Assembly (NCBI GenBank): GCA_043228905.1
Contig: JBHGNT010001132.1
Location: 1-11,725, forward strand
Length of the DNA: 11,725 nucleotides
Origin: Azolla caroliniana
Taxonomy: Eukaryota > Plantae > Polypodiophyta
Direction of reading: 5' to 3'
Shown here piece after piece: positions 7,104 through 11,725 of the stretch (positions are counted from its first letter, which is position 1; each line of letters starts with the position of its first letter). Below the pieces are notes generated by a model that saw only the letters and a program-made list of their open reading frames with translations, was not told where the DNA came from and made no database searches. Both the position numbers and the translations under genes were made by a program.

Positions 7104-10072
7104 ACGATCGGCCAAGTCCTCATTGAGGACATTCTGCGAAAATCGATGGGACTCACCATCGACGAATCGGCAGAAGCCCACCACTTGACCAAGTCAGTTG
7201 ACCGATTGAGTTGATTGAAAGAACAAGCCTACAGAACCGGTCGGAACACCAATCGATCGAAACCAAGGAGTGACCGACAGCAGTCGAAGTCGAAAACGGG
7301 TCGGCCGATCAAGTGAATTTTGCACCCACTACAAAAAAGCCAGTCACAATTTTTCTGACTGTTGGTCAATCAAGAAGAAAGAGAGTGGTCGGTGATCCGA
7401 GCGGAATCGAGGACGATCCGACTCGAACCACTCTTTAGTCGACAACCAGTCAATGTTGTTGACACCCGATCGGGAGAGATCCTCTCCTTAGAGGACTCGA
7501 TGATCGGAGAAGTCCTCTACAAAGCACAAGACGCACATACGTGGTTATTGGACTCTGGTGCCACATTCCACGTGACCCCTAACATCGAATGGTTTTTGAA
7601 CTATTCAACCGAAGCCAACGGCACAGTCCGACTAGGCAATGGGCAGGAGTACAGAATCACAGGAATTGGCAAAGTACCAATTCAACTATCAAATGACAAC
7701 ACGATAGTCCTGCACCAAGTACGGCATGTACCCACATTGAAAAGGAGTCTGGTCTCCATTGGCATGTTAGCCGAAGACGGGTACAGAACGACTCTGAGGA
7801 GTCGACATGGATGATCAGTTGTGGAAACCTGAAATTGGAAGCGGGGACAAGTACACCAACTTGTACCCAATGATGGCGATCAATCCGGAAGGGGTCGTGA
7901 ACATAGTCGAAAAGACCGACCCGAACCTATGACATGGCCGACTCGACCATATGTCTCAGGCCGGACTTGATCGGCTGATGGCGGTCGGCTACATCCCGAA
8001 ACTCCAAGCGAAGACGACCTGAAGTCCTCACTCTCTTCACTATGAGATGGTACGACAACCCCTAGAGCTCGTGCACAGAGATATATGTGGGCCTATGTCT
8101 GAGAGATCACTAGGAGGATCTTGATACTTCATCACATTTGTAGATGATTGTACACGGAAAGTTTGGGCCTATTCGATTAGGTCAAAAGACGAAGCACTCG
8201 AGGTCTTATCTCGATGGATAATTGAAGTGGAGAACCGGTCAGGATACAAAGTGAAGACTCTCTAATCCGACAACGGAGGAGAATACACCTCCCGAGCCTT
8301 CAAATAGTACATGTTTGACAAAGGGATCAGACATCAAAAGATTGTTCCATACACACCCATGCAGAATGGAGTGGCCGAATATATCAACAAAACGATCCAA
8401 GAGAGGGTGACGACAATACTCCAAGAAGGTGGACTAAAGCTAGAGTTCTAGGTCGAAGCATTTCAAACAGTAGTATACCTGATAAATTTGTCACTGTTGA
8501 AAGCAGTCAAGCTTGAAGTGCCACAGGCACTATGGTCATGCAAACATCTGACCTATGATAGGCTCTGTATATTCGGATGTGAAGCCTATGCATTCATCCC
8601 CAAGGAGAAAAGGACCAAGTTGGCGCCCCATGCAACAAAATGAATATTTCTCGGTTCTGTAACCGATGGGGAATTCGGCTACAAGCTATGGGACCCAGAG
8701 AACCGGAAATTGATCCGGAGCAGTGACATAGTCTTCAATGAAGACTCCATTCTCTCTAAGCGGAACCAGTAGAAAATAGTGGGAAAAAATGTCTCTTTCA
8801 AAATCGATAGAGAAGTCATAGAAAAACCGACCCACTAGGCCAAATCAAAGACTCGACAAATAGTCGAACTCGATCAAGCCATCAATACACCTACCAACTC
8901 ACTAGTCGAACTCGAAGACAAAGCCGAATTGACAAGAGTCAAAAAAGGCAAAGTCAACAAGGTGCAAGCCGGAAACGATAGAGTCGACCCGACTGACACA
9001 CACAAGGCCAAAGGGAAAAACAGAACCGAGTCGGCAAAGTCTTCTACCTCTAGGTCAACTGATCCCTAAGAAGGGGAGGTTGTCATGACATCATTGAAAT
9101 CCTACTACATGGGTGATTCATCTAATAGGACTCCTGAAGACGATTCAACTAATACCGATCGGCTGATCGAGCCGACTGAAGAGTTCCAACCAACAACATC
9201 AGAACCCAGTAGATCCGGACGAGTCAGAAGGCCTACAGAGTTTTATCAACCGGGCCTCGATCACATCAACTACATGGATGCAGGCAAACCAAGTACTTAC
9301 GAAGAAGCTATAGTCGCATCGGATGCTGACACATGGCTACAAGCCATGCATCCGCGATGGAATCGATTCATGAGAATCAAACATGAGAGTTGGTTGAACT
9401 ACCAGTCGGGAGAAAGCCGCTACCCTGCAAATGGGTCTTCAAATACAAATATGTATCCGACTCATAAATGCCCAAGTACAAAGCTCGGCTCATCGTGAAG
9501 GGATTCAAACAGGAACATGGAGTCGCCTATGATGAGATATTTTCTCCAGTAGTCAAGATGACCACCCTTTGGCTCCTACTTCGGGTCGTGGTGACAGAAG
9601 ACCTAGAGCTCGAGCAGATTGACGTAAAGACAGCATTCCTACACGGAGATCTTGAAGAAGACATTTACATGTCTCAAGTTTCAACCGGCAGGCTTCACAG
9701 CGACACGGGAGGAAAGACACCTCGTATGTCGTTTAAAGAAAAGCCTTTATGGATTAAAACAAGCGTCGAGGATGTGGTATCAAAAGTTCGACTCCTACAT
9801 CAAGCAGCTTGGATATCGTTGATCTGACTCCGACCCATGTATGTATGTTCGGTAACTGGCCAATGAATCCAGGATCTATTTGATCCTTTATGTCGACGAC
9901 ATGCTAATTGCAAGGAGAAATCAAACCAAAATCGGAAAGCTAAAGCGGAGCCTTCACGACAAGTTTGCGATGAAGGAACTTGGACAAGCCCGACATATAT
10001 TGGGCATGAGGATATAGCGAAATCAGAAGACAACAACTCTTCGACTCTCCCAATCCGACTACATCCGAAAGG
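7104..10072 (+). pseudogene. pol: Copia gag-pol remnant: gag end, zinc knuckle, protease, integrase, RT N-terminal part
   Basis: Degenerate CCHC CTHYKKASHNFSDC at 7321-7362; WLLDSGATFHVTP; L*HGRLDHMS; LELVHRDICGP...FVDDCTRKVW; SDNGGEY; YKARLIVKGF; DVKTAFLHGDLEE; YVDD at 9889-9900. Confidence 0.96.
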
Positions 10073-10570
10073 TGTCACAGACATGACAACAAGATTTGAA
10101 CTCTTCACCTCTTGTATATAGTCAAGTGTTGTGTTCTAACCAACACATCCAAATATATGGTCATGTTATGTATATCTTAGTAGATTATTAGTAGATTATA
10201 TATTTCAAGTTCTAGGAGCTTTTAGAAAGTTCTAGAACTTGAAGGTTCTAACGGGTTCTAGAATATTCTCCCGAATATTCTAATGCATGTACTTCGACTC
10301 ACAATATACATACTTGTAACCTCCTTGGTCCCTTTCAACAGATTCAACACCAGTCACTGACACGTCAATCTAGTATTCTTCATACTACTCATTTCGTTGC
10401 TCCCAGCTTCCCGAGTTTCCTTGATCTTCATATTTGTCTTCATACTCTCTAGTTACTCACAACTTCTAGAGTTCCTAGCATCTTCACTTCTACCTCCAAG
10501 TTCGTAGTTGGTTGATCATTGCCTTGTCATCCATCCTTCGTCGTAGTCCATGGTTGGTGTGTCTGTGACA
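10073..10570. mobile_element. Solo LTR D (498 bp)
   Basis: TGTCACAGACA...TGTCTGTGACA (11-bp perfect terminal inverted repeat) with the 5-bp TSD AAAGG (10068-10072 and 10571-10575). Removal restores RT SDYIRKVLRHFNM. Confidence 0.92.
10209..10281. promoter_or_regulatory. Heat-shock element (nGAAn inverted-repeat) array
   Basis: TTCtaGGAgcTTTtaGAAagTTCtaGAA (10210-10237), GAAggTTC (10241-10248), TTCtaGAAtaTTC (10256-10268), GAAtaTTC (10273-10280). Confidence 0.75.
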
Positions 10571-11377
10571 AAAGGTGTTGAGACACTTCAACATGGAAAA
10601 TTCCAAGCCATCACCAACACCACTTCCAACGTTGATCCGACTATCAGACAAAGACTCTCCTTCGACAGATAAGGGAAAGAGCTTAATGGAAAGATACCCT
10701 ACGCATCGGTTGTAGGAAGTATCATGTACGCGATAGTGGTGACCCGACCCAACCTTGCTTATGCCGTAGGAGTCGTCAGCCGCTACATGTCAAACCCAGG
10801 ACGAAAGCCGTGGGAGGCCATCAAGCACATCTTCAGGTACCTAAGAGGGACCAAAGATACACAGTTGACTTTCCAATTGGCAAATCCGACCGAAGTCAAA
10901 GGCTACACCAACTCCGACTACACCTGGAATTCGGGCAATCGAAAGTCGACATCAAGCTATATCTTCACCTGTGGTGGTTGTGCTATATCATGGAGGTTGA
11001 AGCTTCAAGAGTACACAGCTCTGTCTACCATAGAAGTCGAGTACATAGCAGCATCGGAGGTAGTGAAGGAAGCAATCTGGCTGCACCGACCGACTGTCGC
11101 CTTCTCGGCTACGAGCCGAACCGATCGACCAACATTGACCATCTACTACGACTCACAGAGCACAATACACCTCATCAATAATCTTGTCTATCATGCAAAG
11201 ATAAAGCATATCGAGGTGCGGTATCATCATATTTGGGAGCTAGTAACCAAGAAGAAGCTCGAAGTTCGGAAGATCGACACCGAGGTGAACATCATTGATT
11301 GCCTGACGAAGCCACTCCCAGATCAACGCTTCGGAGCACAGAGTACAAAGATGGGACTACAACAAGCGACCACGTAG
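10571..11377 (+). pseudogene. pol: Copia pol remnant: RT C-terminus and RNase H
   Basis: PYASVVGSIMYAIVVTRPNLAYAVGVVSRYMSNPG...GYTNSDY...KHIEVRYHHI...DCLTKPL. Confidence 0.95.
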
Positions 11378-11544
11378 AAGAAAGTCGAACAAGGAGCAGA
11401 AGGTAAGTCGAAGATCCGACCGATTCGAACTAGCCGATTCGGATGACTAGCCAAATCAGGCTAGATACCGACTTTATCTCTACCGACTCGGTTATATGCC
11501 GAATGACTTGTAACCATAACTTTAGATTAAAATTGTAATCTAGG

Positions 11545-11605
11545 TTTACGGGGGAGATAACCCCGCACAATTGTAATTAGAAAGAGTAGTCCTTTTACGG
11601 GGGAG
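11545..11605 (+). other. Two identical PPT motifs of element B
   Basis: TTTACGGGGGAG at 11545-11556 and 11594-11605. Confidence 0.8.
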
Positions 11606-11725
11606 AGAACAGAAATAACGAGAGCTTCCATTAAAGCTTCGAGCTTGTCTATCTACCGTTTCCTCTATCATACTATCTGTGTTGTCTGTTGTGCATAACC
11701 GACAGGTCCTCACATACTTCCGCGT
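11603..11725 (+). repeat. 3' LTR remnant of element B (5' ~149 bp missing; right end outside the window)
   Basis: GAGAGAACAGAAATAACG...CCTCACATACTTCCGC aligns to 4747 onward with roughly 8-10 mismatches. Confidence 0.9.

Larger units (their letters stand above)
4598..11725 (+). mobile_element. Ty1/copia LTR retrotransposon B (Tnt1-like organisation), degenerate, with two nested inserts; runs off the window end
   Basis: Order LTR-PBS-gag-CCHC-PR-IN-RT-RH-PPT-LTR, with IN before RT. 11603..11725 matches 4747..~4868. Confidence 0.96.

Noticed and set aside
10073-10570. MITE interpretation of insert D
   Set aside because: TG..CA ends, a 5-bp TSD, an inverted repeat of only 11-18 bp and promoter-like content fit a solo LTR better. 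Not formally excluded without finding a paired copy.
10724-11377. 217-aa ORF as a functional gene
   Set aside because: It is the RT-end/RNase H portion of B with degenerate catalytic motifs, downstream of many stops and an insertion.

Overview
This window has no intact host gene. It is a eukaryotic, land-plant-type nest of decayed retrotransposons, and most junctions can be read to the base. (1) Ty1/copia element A lies on the minus strand (1..3567): 3' LTR 1..327 (cut by the window edge), PPT, degenerate RT-RNase H, tRNA-iMet PBS and 5' LTR 3181..3567. It has no gag, protease or integrase, but carries a ~240-codon charged frame after RNase H. A 499-bp solo LTR of a related family (1915..2413, TSD ATTTC) sits in its RT. 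(2) An old L1-like LINE remnant occupies 3568..~4388. (3) Ty1/copia element B lies on the plus strand (4598..>11725) with LTR, PBS, gag, zinc knuckle, PR, IN, RT, RNase H, a doubled PPT and a 3' LTR lacking its 5' half. B is interrupted by insert C (5473..7103, 1631 bp, TG..CA ends, 4-bp TSD ACGA, seven ~104-137 bp hairpin-forming repeats) and by solo LTR D (10073..10570, 498 bp, TSD AAAGG, dense heat-shock-element array). The most unusual signals are the RT-only architecture and tail of A, covarying inverted repeats in the A-type LTRs, the repeat array in C and the HSE array in D. Identities were estimated by eye; no database search was possible.
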